Shown here in pieces: positions 1 through 8,248 of a stretch of 32,000 nt of DNA. The notes below the pieces were generated by a model. It did not search any database, was not told the origin of the DNA, and saw only the letters and a list, made by a program, of their open reading frames with translations. Origin of the DNA: Methylorubrum extorquens (GTDB lineage: Bacteria; Pseudomonadota; Alphaproteobacteria; Rhizobiales; Beijerinckiaceae); contig LT962688.1 of the NCBI GenBank assembly GCA_900234795.1, forward strand, positions 2,970,001 through 3,002,000, written 5' to 3'. The translations under genes were made by a program, and so were the position numbers. The first letter of the stretch is position 1, and each line of letters starts with the position of its first letter.

Positions 1-591
1 CTGCTGCAGGACAGCCGCATCGACATCGAGAGCTACGTCAACGTCGCCCTCGCCAACCGCCTCGCTCGCGTCACCAACCGTCACTTCACCGTCGGCACCG
101 GCGTCGGCCAGCCCCGCGGCGCCGTGGTCGCGGCGGGTGCCGGCAAGGTCGGCCCGGCCGGGCAGCTCGCCAGCATCACCTACGACGACTTCGTGGACCT
201 GGAGCATTCCGTCGATCCGGCCTACCGGACGAACGGCCGCTACATGTTCCACGATCAGTCGCTGAAGGCGGTGAAGAAGCTGAAGGACGGCCAGGGCCGC
301 CCGCTGTGGCGCCCGGGCGTGACCGGTGGCGATGCCAACGACATCCTCGGCTACGGCTACACCATCAACCAGCACATGCCGCAGATGGGCGCCGGCGCGA
401 AGTCGGTGCTGTTCGGCGACTTCAAGAAGTACCTGATCCGCGACGTCATGGCGGTGACGCTCTTCCGGTTCGCCGACAGCCGCTACCTCGAAAAGGGCCA
501 GGTCGCCTTCCTGGCCTGGTCGCGGCACGACGGCGACCTGATCGACGCCTCGAACGACGCGCTGAAGGCCTTCCAGCACGCCGGCGCCTGA
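1..591 (+). CDS. Major capsid protein, HK97-fold family, C-terminal part (5' end lies outside the window)
   Basis: The frame is open from base 1 (LLQDSRIDIESYVNVALANRLARVTNRHFTVGTGVGQPRG...), which resembles HK97-type capsid C-terminal regions from memory. It is the first member of a co-oriented head-to-tail gene string. Third-codon positions are strongly G/C. Confidence 0.8.
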   Translation: MLQDSRIDIESYVNVALANRLARVTNRHFTVGTGVGQPRGAVVAAGAGKVGPAGQLASITYDDFVDLEHSVDPAYRTNGRYMFHDQSLKAVKKLKDGQGRPLWRPGVTGGDANDILGYGYTINQHMPQMGAGAKSVLFGDFKKYLIRDVMAVTLFRFADSRYLEKGQVAFLAWSRHDGDLIDASNDALKAFQHAGA

Positions 592-599
592 GGCTCACT

Positions 600-624
600 G
601 CCGGGCGGTCCCACGCCGCCCGGC
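600..624 (+). other. Perfect 9-bp GC stem-loop just after the capsid stop codon, with no T-tract
   Basis: GCCGGGCGG (600-608) pairs with CCGCCCGGC (616-624) around a 7-nt loop. This is a common position for a partial terminator or mRNA stabiliser after a capsid gene. Confidence 0.35.
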
Positions 625-657
625 CCCGTTCCACCATCGTAAAATCGGAGCCGGACC

Positions 658-957
658 ATGAAAGTCCGCATGTTGACCGCCATGGCCGGCGACGTGTCCT
701 ACGGGCACGGCGAAATCGTCACCGTCGAGGACCGTGTCGGCGAGGCCTGGATCAAGGCCGGGATCGCCGAGGTGGCACCGACGGCCGCGGCATCGGAGAA
801 GGCCGCCAAGGATCTGCGCGCCCGCGTCGCCGAGCTGGAGACCGCGCTCGCCGACGCCGAGGCCGACCGCGATGCCCTGCGCATCCAGGTCGCCGCCCTC
901 GCGGAGCAGAACGCCGCGCTGACCTTGGGTGCGACCACCGGCGCCGCAAACGCCTAA
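658..957 (+). CDS. Hypothetical phage head-associated protein with an Ala/Glu-rich coiled-coil C-terminal half
   Basis: ATG with GGAG 7 nt upstream. High GC3. Lies between the capsid and connector genes. No family recognised. Confidence 0.55.
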   Translation: MKVRMLTAMAGDVSYGHGEIVTVEDRVGEAWIKAGIAEVAPTAAASEKAAKDLRARVAELETALADAEADRDALRIQVAALAEQNAALTLGATTGAANA

Positions 958-1002
958 TCGCCGTCCACGGCCCGCTCTGGCGATCCTACGGGTATTCCGC
1001 AC

Positions 1003-1653
1003 ATGTACCGCAACGCCTTCAGCAGCCGCCAGCCCGCGGCGCCGCTGGTCTATGTGCGCGTCACCCCGCCGGCGGGTGAGGTGGTCGCTCTCGCCCGAGC
1101 TCGCGCGCATCTCCGCCTCGACCCGGCCGACGCCGATCCCTTGGAGATCGATCTCCTCGAGGCGGCGATCGCCGGCGCGGTCGGGCACCTGGACGGCCGC
1201 GGCCACGGTGCGCTCGGGCGGGCGCTGCTGACCCAGAGTTGGCAGGCGACCGGTGATCGCCCGGCCGACGATGCCGCTGGCCGGATGCCGGGCTTCGTCC
1301 TGGAGCTTCCACCGCTGCGCGAGGTGGAGAAGGTCGAGCGGCGTGTCGGCGGGCAGTATCAGGAGCTGCCGGCCGGCGCATGGGAGACCGTGCGCCTTCC
1401 AGCAGAGCGGGTCGCCGTCATCCCCGCCGGCGGCACGTCCTGGCCCGAGGCCGACGTCCACCCGGCCGCGTGGCGCATCACGTTCGCGGCCGGCTACGGC
1501 GCCGGCGACGACGTGCCGGCTCCCATCCGCGCCGCGATCCTGCTGATGGTCGCGGATCTCTACGACAACCGGGACGGCAAGACGCAAGCGAACCTCGTCG
1601 ATAACCCGACGGTCGAGCGTCTGCTCAATCCCTTCCGCGCCATCGGGGTCTGA
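1003..1653 (+). CDS. Head-tail connector protein (gp6-like / phiE125 gp8-like family)
   Basis: The motif VTPPAGEVVALARARAHLRLD...LLEAAIAGAV resembles connector (DNA-packaging) proteins from memory, and the position fits. The start could be further downstream. Confidence 0.55.
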   Translation: MYRNAFSSRQPAAPLVYVRVTPPAGEVVALARARAHLRLDPADADPLEIDLLEAAIAGAVGHLDGRGHGALGRALLTQSWQATGDRPADDAAGRMPGFVLELPPLREVEKVERRVGGQYQELPAGAWETVRLPAERVAVIPAGGTSWPEADVHPAAWRITFAAGYGAGDDVPAPIRAAILLMVADLYDNRDGKTQANLVDNPTVERLLNPFRAIGV

Positions 1654-1656
1654 GCC

Positions 1657-1986
1657 ATGCAGGCAGGCCAGCTCGACAAGCGCGTCACCTTCATGCGGCG
1701 CGAGCGCGTGCCCGGCAAATCAACCGATCGCGGTCCCTTCGCCGAGCTGCTGAAGGTCGCCTGCGCCTTCCGGCCGCTCTCGGGCCGGGCGCTCGCCGAG
1801 GCGGGTTCGCTCACCGATGCGATCGAGGGCAGCATTTGCGTGCGGGATACGGCCCGCACCCGCGGCCTCACCGTCGCCGATCGCGCCGTCATCGATGGCC
1901 GCGACATGGCAATCGAGTCGGTGCAGCCGTCCGACCGCTCGGGCTGGCTCTGGATCAAGGTGAGCCGCCGGAAGGCTTCGGCCTGA
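1657..1986 (+). CDS. Head-tail adaptor / head-closure protein (SPP1 gp16-like)
   Basis: Its size (109 aa), its N-terminus MQAGQLDKRVTF and its position after the connector gene are typical of head-closure proteins. Confidence 0.6.
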   Translation: MQAGQLDKRVTFMRRERVPGKSTDRGPFAELLKVACAFRPLSGRALAEAGSLTDAIEGSICVRDTARTRGLTVADRAVIDGRDMAIESVQPSDRSGWLWIKVSRRKASA

Positions 1987-2525
1987 TGGGCATCGGAGAT
2001 CTCCTCTCCTACGGCAAGATCGGCTGGGGCGCCGTCAGCGGCGTCGATGCCTTCGCCAACGCTCTGGCGCAGTACAGCGTGAAGCTCGTGCTGCGCTCCA
2101 AAAGCATCGACGCGGAGGCGGCGGCCGACATCGTCGAGCGAGCGCAGGCCGCGGTCCCGCGGGACAGCGGCCGATTGTTCGGCGGCATCCAGGCGCAGCT
2201 CGCCGACGACGTCTGGACGGTCACGGCGAGCGCGATCAACCCGCGCAGCCGGTTCGACATGGATTACGCCTTCCTCGTCGAGCACGGCACTCAGGCCGGC
2301 GTTCGGGGCGGCCGGCGGGGTGGCACCGTCCAGGTCGGCGGTCGCTCGCGCGCCGGTGCTTTCAACCCTGAGACCGGCCGGCGCTACCGCGTGGCGAACG
2401 CCAACCGGACATCCGCCCGCACCCACCCCGGCACCCAGCCGCAGCCATACTTCTACCCCGCCGTCGACGCGGTGATGGAGGAGCGGGGCCAGCGCCAGGC
2501 CGAAACCCTGAACGAGACGCTATGA
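1986..2525 (+). CDS. HK97 gp10-like neck / tail-attachment protein
   Basis: The start at 1986 overlaps the upstream stop as ATGA. The sequence ...VPRDSGRL...DYAFLVEHGT...PQPYFYPA resembles the gp10 family from memory. Confidence 0.6.
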   Translation: MGIGDLLSYGKIGWGAVSGVDAFANALAQYSVKLVLRSKSIDAEAAADIVERAQAAVPRDSGRLFGGIQAQLADDVWTVTASAINPRSRFDMDYAFLVEHGTQAGVRGGRRGGTVQVGGRSRAGAFNPETGRRYRVANANRTSARTHPGTQPQPYFYPAVDAVMEERGQRQAETLNETL

Positions 2526-2929
2526 TCCCGGAACTCGCCCTTCGCGACGGCGTGATGGAGCTGCTGCGCGCCTCGCCCGAGGTCGCGGCCCTCGTCCAGG
2601 ACAAGGTGTTCGACGGCGTCCCGAGCGACGACGACGCGGCCGAGCTGCCGTGGATCGCGATGGGCCCGATCCGCAGCCAGCCGGTGGATGCCGGCGAGGC
2701 ATACGGCTGGATCGTCACCCTGAAGGTGTTCGCGGAGTCGGCCGACTTCGACCGGACGCCGGCCTGGACGATCGCCCGGGCGGCGATCGCCGCCGTCGCC
2801 AAGGTGCAGCTCCCCGACGGCGACGTCTTCCTCGACGAGCTGAAGATCAACGGCGCCGGCGACGTGATCGACCCCGGCGCCATCAAGACCGTCTGGTTCG
2901 ACGTCGCCTGCCTGATGGCGGCCGGCTGA
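2522..2929 (+). CDS. Tail terminator / completion protein (DUF3168-like)
   Basis: The start overlaps the upstream stop as ATGA. It is 135 aa and sits directly upstream of the major tail protein gene. Confidence 0.55.
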   Translation: MIPELALRDGVMELLRASPEVAALVQDKVFDGVPSDDDAAELPWIAMGPIRSQPVDAGEAYGWIVTLKVFAESADFDRTPAWTIARAAIAAVAKVQLPDGDVFLDELKINGAGDVIDPGAIKTVWFDVACLMAAG

Positions 2930-2960
2930 CCCCCTCCCCTGAGACAACCCGGAGACGACA

Positions 2961-3419
2961 ATGGCCCAGCCCAACGCGTTTGGGGGCAAGGATCTGCGCG
3001 TGATGCGCAAGTCCGGCCCCACCGACGCCGCGCCGAAATTCATGAGCACCATCACCACGAAGGGGCTCACGGAGACGATGGAGTACGACGACGCCACCGT
3101 CCCGAACAGCGACAACCCCGACCAAGTGTGGGCCCGCCGCTCGCTGCCGAAGGGCTCGGCCTGGTCCGTCTCGTTCTCGGGCGTCGCCGATCCGCTGGCC
3201 TACAAGCAGATGCGCGCTGACATGCAGTCGGGCGTACCGACCTACGTCCAGATCCAGGTGGCCAAGCCGGCCGCGCAGGGCGGTGGCCGCTGGGACGGTG
3301 CGGTGTTCTACGAGAACCTGCAGATCCAGTCCGACGCCGGCGGCGTCGTCAAGTTCACCGGCCAGCTCCGCGGTGACGGCGAGCTGGCGTGGGCCGATGC
3401 AGCGGCGGGTGGCCCGTGA
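2961..3419 (+). CDS. Major tail protein (TP901-1 / GTA g9-like)
   Basis: GGAGA lies upstream of the ATG. It is 152 aa and sits between the tail terminator and chaperone genes. Confidence 0.65.
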   Translation: MAQPNAFGGKDLRVMRKSGPTDAAPKFMSTITTKGLTETMEYDDATVPNSDNPDQVWARRSLPKGSAWSVSFSGVADPLAYKQMRADMQSGVPTYVQIQVAKPAAQGGGRWDGAVFYENLQIQSDAGGVVKFTGQLRGDGELAWADAAAGGP

Positions 3420-3814
3420 GGACCGACACCTCCGCCACCGCGCTCCACGCCGACTTCGCCGGCCGTACGCTCAAGTTCGAGCTGGCGATCGGCGAGATCG
3501 GCGAGCTGGAGCGGCGCTGCAACGCCGGCATCGGCGAGATCATGGTGCGGCTCGCGGCGCACCGGTTCTTCGCCCACGACATCGTCGAGACGATCCGCCT
3601 CGGGCTGATCGGCGGCGGCCTCTCGCAGGCCGATGCCGAGACGCTGATGCGCTGGAACGTGCTCGGCCGTCCGCTGGCCGAGAACCTGCAGCTCGCCGGC
3701 AGCATCCTCGAAGCCGCCGTGAGCGGGGTGCCAGCACCGGGAAATCCGGCGACGGAGGGGGCGAACGACGCAGCCCCGGAGACCTCTCCGTCTTCTATCG
3801 ATCCGGCGGCATGA
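3416..3814 (+). CDS. Tail assembly chaperone, G-like (GTA g10-like)
   Basis: A GTG at 3416 overlaps the upstream stop as GTGA (the longest ORF starts at 3389). It lies immediately upstream of the tape measure region. The sequence LKFELAIGEIGELERRC resembles g10-type chaperones from memory. Confidence 0.6.
   Translation: MRTDTSATALHADFAGRTLKFELAIGEIGELERRCNAGIGEIMVRLAAHRFFAHDIVETIRLGLIGGGLSQADAETLMRWNVLGRPLAENLQLAGSILEAAVSGVPAPGNPATEGANDAAPETSPSSIDPAA
3739..3792 (+). promoter_or_regulatory. Candidate -1 programmed ribosomal frameshift signal (slippery heptamer plus stem-loop)
   Basis: G GGA AAT at 3739-3745 is in X XXY YYZ phase with the 3416 frame. After a 5-nt spacer, GACGGAG (3751-3757) pairs with CTCCGTC (3786-3792) and GGGGC (3758-3762) pairs with GCCCC (3773-3777). 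The -1 frame stays open to 3987. Confidence 0.5.
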
Positions 3815-3987
3815 TGGGGCTCACGCCCCGTCAGGTCGATGCACTGACGCTGCCTGAGATGGCGGCGATGTTCGAAGGGTTCCGGCAGTTCCACTCCGGA
3901 GCCAAGCCCGACGAAGAGCCCGAGGAACCCAGCCTCGACGCCTTCTTCGCCGCCCGGGCCGAGGCCATGGCCGCCGGCAACCTCTGA
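3811..3987 (+). CDS. T-like portion of the tail assembly chaperone (GTA g11-like), possibly expressed mainly as a G-T fusion
   Basis: The ATG at 3811 overlaps the upstream stop as ATGA. The product is 58 aa (MMGLTPRQVDALTLPEMAAMFEGF...). It is in the -1 frame relative to the G-like gene. Confidence 0.5.
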   Translation: MMGLTPRQVDALTLPEMAAMFEGFRQFHSGAKPDEEPEEPSLDAFFAARAEAMAAGNL

Positions 3988-4002
3988 AAGCGGACCTCCT
4001 CC

Positions 4003-6273
4003 ATGGCCGAACCGCTCCGCATCCGCTTCGCGACGGACCATTCCGCCGCGAAGTCGGGAATGCAGGATCTCGCCGCGTCCGTCGTGGCGAACATGATCAA
4101 GGTCTCGGATGCCATGAACACGGGCATCCAGGCCAACGGCGGCTACGCGGCGACCTTCAAGACGCTGGCGAGCAACGTCGGCCGGGACGCCCTCACCGTG
4201 GCGAATGCCGGTCTCTCGACGGCGGCCAACACCAACCTCTCCATCGTCGCCACCGCGAGCGCGATCGGCAAGACAGCGGCCGAGACCAAGACCGCCGGCG
4301 TGGTGATGACGGGCGCGACGGCAGCGGCACGCGCGCAGGCATCCTTTGCCTTCGGCGTGGTGCGCAACGAGGCGGCCCAGACCATGCGGGTGCTCGCCGC
4401 CTCGCCGCTGGTGGTCGGCAGTGTCGTCGGCCTCACCGCGGCCGTGGCGGGGTTCGCGTTCGTCTCGTCTGCCATCGAGCAGGCGAACGCCCAGATCGAG
4501 CGGTTCATCGCGCTCGGCGACAACGCCAGCCGTGCCGGTGTCGGCGTGGAGTTCTGGCAGCGCTTCCTCGAGGGCGCCAAGTCGGCAAAGCTTGAGGTCG
4601 CCGAGGTCGAGGCGATGCTGAAGAGCGCCGGCAAGGCCGTCACCCCGCGCTTCGAGGAAGAGGACCCGATCAAGAAACGCCTCTCGGAGCTGTTCGACTC
4701 CGGCTACCTCGGAAACTACGAGGGCGAGGGCATCTCTCAGTACCGCGCTGCCGGGAACAATGAGGAGCGGATCCGCGCCGCCTTGCAGGCAATGCGCGAG
4801 CTGATGAACCTCGGCGATCGCCTCGCCGCGATCGACCTGGGCGAGAAGCTCTTCGGCAGCGAGACGGCCGAGCTGCTGCGCTCCGGTCGCCTCGATATCG
4901 AAGCGATCGCCGCGGCCCTGGATCGGCAGCGCGATGACCTGATCAAGCAGGAAGAGGTCGATCGGGCGCAGGAGTTCCGCGACCGCCTGGACACCGCCTA
5001 CAAGACGATCAGCGATTTCTTCCTCGTCTCGGTGGCATTGGAGGGCAGCGGCCGGGTGATCCTGGACACCTGGCTCGGCATCGTCGAGGGCATTGCCGCG
5101 GCGACCAAGAACCTCGGCACCTTCTATAACAAGGTCCAGGAGGTCCAGGCCGAGGGCGCTAAGGGGTTCTTCGGCGAGCTGTTCGGCCGGAAGGCCGGAG
5201 CCGTGGCCGGCATCCTGGCCAACGGCTACATCGGAACCGCCACGCAGCTCGCGGCCGGCGCCGCCGGCGTCGTCCAGGACGGCGTTCGGGACAACGCGAC
5301 CGGCACCCGCACGCTCTACGACAAGCCGATTGGCCCGGAATTGCCGCCGGCGCCGGCGGGCACCATCACCAACGCGCCGATGCCGCCACGCCGGCCGCTC
5401 GACATGGTGCTCAACCCGGAGAAATACGGGATCGGGGTGAAGCCCACCGGCTCGAAGGGCAGCGAAGGCCCCGACGCCGTCGAGAGCTTCATTAACAGCC
5501 TGGAGAAGTCGGTCGCGGGGCTGAAGGCCGAGACCGAGGCCTTCAGCAAGTCGAACGCCGAGAAGGCTGCGGCCATCAACCTGGCGAAGCTGCGCGAGAC
5601 GGCAGATCAGCAGGGCATCACCCTCACCGAGGCGCAGATCGCGAAGACCAAGGCCGCGGCCGAGGCGACCGCGACCTACAAGGACAAGCTCCATGACCTG
5701 GAGCAGCAGGAGCGCCAGACCGCGGAAGCGGCCCGCCACTTCGGCAACACCCTGTCCGATGCGCTCGGAGACGCGATCCTCGAAGGCAAGGGCCTGCAGA
5801 ACATCCTTCTCGATGTCTCGAAGATGATGGTCCGCGGCGGCCTGCAGGCGTTGATTACCGGGCAAGGGCCGCTCGCCGGCCTGCTCGGCACGGCGCCGGC
5901 GGCGAGCCAGGGCGGCAACGCCGTCGGCGGCCTCGCCGGCATGGTTGCCTCGGTGTTCCGCGCCAACGGCGGTCCCGTGAGGGCGGGCCAGGCCGTCACG
6001 GTCGGCGAGATCGGACAGGAGATCTTCGTGCCCGACTCCAACGGTCGGGTGATGCCGATCTCCCGCGGCGGGTTCGGCGGCATGGGCGGCCCAGCGTTTC
6101 AGATCATCGATCAACGCACCATGGCCGCGCCGGCGCCCGAGGTCCGGCGCGGCCCGGGCGGCTCGATGCAGATCCTCCTGCGCGACCTCGAGGGCGGGAT
6201 CGCCCAGCGCGGTATGCGCGGCCAGGGCGCCTTCGCCGGCGCCGTCAGCGGACCCGACCGCCGCAAGGGCTGA
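4003..6273 (+). CDS. Tail tape measure protein
   Basis: It is 756 aa, Ala/Gly-rich with long helical stretches, and lies directly after the chaperone pair and before the tip genes. Confidence 0.85.
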   Translation: MAEPLRIRFATDHSAAKSGMQDLAASVVANMIKVSDAMNTGIQANGGYAATFKTLASNVGRDALTVANAGLSTAANTNLSIVATASAIGKTAAETKTAGVVMTGATAAARAQASFAFGVVRNEAAQTMRVLAASPLVVGSVVGLTAAVAGFAFVSSAIEQANAQIERFIALGDNASRAGVGVEFWQRFLEGAKSAKLEVAEVEAMLKSAGKAVTPRFEEEDPIKKRLSELFDSGYLGNYEGEGISQYRAAGNNEERIRAALQAMRELMNLGDRLAAIDLGEKLFGSETAELLRSGRLDIEAIAAALDRQRDDLIKQEEVDRAQEFRDRLDTAYKTISDFFLVSVALEGSGRVILDTWLGIVEGIAAATKNLGTFYNKVQEVQAEGAKGFFGELFGRKAGAVAGILANGYIGTATQLAAGAAGVVQDGVRDNATGTRTLYDKPIGPELPPAPAGTITNAPMPPRRPLDMVLNPEKYGIGVKPTGSKGSEGPDAVESFINSLEKSVAGLKAETEAFSKSNAEKAAAINLAKLRETADQQGITLTEAQIAKTKAAAEATATYKDKLHDLEQQERQTAEAARHFGNTLSDALGDAILEGKGLQNILLDVSKMMVRGGLQALITGQGPLAGLLGTAPAASQGGNAVGGLAGMVASVFRANGGPVRAGQAVTVGEIGQEIFVPDSNGRVMPISRGGFGGMGGPAFQIIDQRTMAAPAPEVRRGPGGSMQILLRDLEGGIAQRGMRGQGAFAGAVSGPDRRKG

Positions 6274-6276
6274 TCC

Positions 6277-6648
6277 ATGACCGTCGAAGCCTGGCCGCCT
6301 GGCCTGCCGCACCTTGTTGGTTTGGCGGGCTCTCTCGGCTCGTCCCAGCTCTACGAGCCGGCGCAGACCACGCGGATGGATGACGGCCCCGGCCGCGCCC
6401 GCCGGCGCACGCTCACTGTCGAGACGCCGCGCAGCATCACCCTGACGCTGAAGCGGGCCGAGTTCGAGCTGTTCCTGCAGTTCGTGCGCGTCACGCTCAA
6501 CAATGGCGCCAAGCGCTTCACCGCTCCCGTGCGTCTGCCGTCCGGCCGGATCGGCACCCGCACCTGCCGCATCGACGGTGCCGTCTCCGAACAGGATGCC
6601 GGCCCCCACAGCCGCGTGACCTTCAACCTCCGCGTCTACGACTGGTGA
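6277..6648 (+). CDS. Minor tail protein (lambda M position)
   Basis: It is 123 aa and is the first gene after the tape measure. Assigned by position only. Confidence 0.5.
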   Translation: MTVEAWPPGLPHLVGLAGSLGSSQLYEPAQTTRMDDGPGRARRRTLTVETPRSITLTLKRAEFELFLQFVRVTLNNGAKRFTAPVRLPSGRIGTRTCRIDGAVSEQDAGPHSRVTFNLRVYDW

Positions 6649-6655
6649 TCGCGCC

Positions 6656-7201
6656 ATGACCCTGAAAGCCGCTCTCGCCGAGTCCTATGCGTCCGGCGAC
6701 GAGGAGGGCGTCGTGGTGACGGCGGCCCAGATCGACCACGAGAGCTTCGACGCTCCGATCTTCGTCGTGACCGGCCTCGATACGGCCACCGGCGAGCCGG
6801 CCGAGAAAGTCGGCCTGCCGATCGACGAGGGTGGCGCGCGCGTGCTGCACACGCCCTGCGCCTTCACCTTCGTCCGCACCGGTGCCGACCATGACGGCCC
6901 GACGGACGGCAAGGTCCAGATCGACAACGTCAGCGACCTTCTTCACGGGCCGCTCAAGGGCGCGATCGGCTACAACGCGGCGATCAGCATCACCTTCCGG
7001 CAGTACCGCGTCCTGCCCGGCGCCCTCGCGGCCGTGACCGGGCCCGACGAGGTGATCGAGGGCCTGCTCCTCACCACGGTCGATCTCACCGCCGACACGG
7101 CCGAGGGCACCCTGTCGTGGCCGGACGGGCGCGATCAGAACGTGCCGACGGGCCCGAACGCCTTCTTCGACCGCGCAAACTACCCCGGCCTGTTCTCGTG
7201 A
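6656..7201 (+). CDS. Minor tail protein (lambda L position, DUF1833-like)
   Basis: It is 181 aa. Assigned from its position and a general resemblance to DUF1833 phage proteins from memory. Confidence 0.55.
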   Translation: MTLKAALAESYASGDEEGVVVTAAQIDHESFDAPIFVVTGLDTATGEPAEKVGLPIDEGGARVLHTPCAFTFVRTGADHDGPTDGKVQIDNVSDLLHGPLKGAIGYNAAISITFRQYRVLPGALAAVTGPDEVIEGLLLTTVDLTADTAEGTLSWPDGRDQNVPTGPNAFFDRANYPGLFS

Positions 7202-7605
7202 TCGAACGGATGGGTTTCCTCGCCGGCCTACGCCGGCGGCCCTACGACGGCGTCACGTTCAACTGCTGGCACGCGGCCAGCCTGATCCAGCGCGAGCTGT
7301 TCGGCCGGGCGCTGCCGCTCTTCCCCGTGTGGGAGGAACTGTCGCTCCGCGAGCGGATCGAGGCCTTCGCCTCGCATCCGGAGCGCCGCGCCTGGCGCGA
7401 GATCTCGGCGCCGATCGACGGCGCCTTCGTGCTGATGGGCCGCGCCCGTGGCCGCGAGCACCATTGCGGCGTCTGGCTCGCCGAGGGCGGCGGCCGGATC
7501 TGGCACGGCGACGCCCCGCACGGCGTCATCGACGATACCCCGCTCGAGCTGGCGCAGTCGCGCCGCTGGCTTCTCTCTCCTACCACGCCCCGGCCTGATC
7601 CATGA
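7198..7605 (+). CDS. NlpC/P60-type cysteine peptidase-like tail tip protein (lambda K position)
   Basis: A GTG at 7198 overlaps the upstream stop as GTGA (an alternative ATG lies at 7210). GVTFNCWH...HHCGVW gives a plausible Cys/His pair. Confidence 0.55.
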   Translation: MIERMGFLAGLRRRPYDGVTFNCWHAASLIQRELFGRALPLFPVWEELSLRERIEAFASHPERRAWREISAPIDGAFVLMGRARGREHHCGVWLAEGGGRIWHGDAPHGVIDDTPLELAQSRRWLLSPTTPRPDP

Positions 7606-8248
7606 CTGTCGTCGCGCTGACCAACGTGGCGGGCCAGGCCCGCGGCGAACCGATCCGGCTGGCCGGTCGCCGCCGGCGGCTCTCCACCATCGTCGCGCGT
7701 CACCGCCCGGTCGGCCGGCGCATTCTCGTGTCGGTGCATCGCAACGCGATCGACGAGGCCTCTCTCTCGTCCCAAGCGATGCGACCGTGCGGCTGCAGGC
7801 GACCTGGGTTCGCACCCTGGTCGGCCCGCGCGACGTCGTCGTCATCACCATCCTGCCGCTCGGCGGCGGCGGGAGCAGCAGCGGCGGCGGCAGCAAGAGC
7901 CCGCTCGGCATCGGGCTGGCGATCGCCTCGATCGCGCTGATCGCGATCGCGCCCTACGCGGCGCCGGCGCTGGCGGGTGCGGCGGTGTTCGGCGCTGGCG
8001 TCGGCGCGACCACGGGCACGCTCGCGACCGCCATCCAGGTCGGCATGGTGGTGGGCGGCGTGGCGCTCGGCGCCGCGGCGCAGCTCGCCAATGGCACCGG
8101 CGCGAAGACCAAGAACCGGACGCTCTACAGCGTCAGCGGCGGCGGGAACGTGCCGCGTGAAGGCGCGCGCAAGCCCCTGCTGTACGGGCGGTGCTGGTCC
8201 ACGCCGCCGCTCTCCCAGCGCGACTTCTTCCGCTACGAGGGTGACACC
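7602..8248 (+). pseudogene. Tail assembly protein I-like, with a reading frame broken at a (TC)4 tract and no stop codon of its own
   Basis: The ATG at 7602 overlaps the K-like stop as ATGA. GC3 is high in this frame only up to about 7760. After that, coding signal continues in the frame of the long ORF: ...VITILPLGGGG, then a hydrophobic Ala/Gly segment, then ...KPLLYGR. That layout matches lambda gpI as I remember it. Confidence 0.55.

Noticed and set aside
3355-6657. A 1100-aa ORF on the - strand, antisense to the chaperone and tape-measure genes. Similar long antisense or off-frame ORFs occur at 595-1587, 7700-9457, 9812-10966, 14762-16186 and 25840-27402.
   Set aside because: Their products are Arg/Gly/Ala/Pro-rich low-complexity translations, which are typical stop-free shadow frames in high-GC DNA. 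Each overlaps a gene with clear family motifs and proper GC3 bias on the other frame or strand.
7448-7760. The upstream 104 codons of the 1774-aa ORF as the true N-terminus of the J-like protein.
   Set aside because: This part overlaps the K-like gene out of frame. It has poor GC3 and a Pro/Arg/Ser-rich translation. Coding signal in this frame begins only at about 7760.
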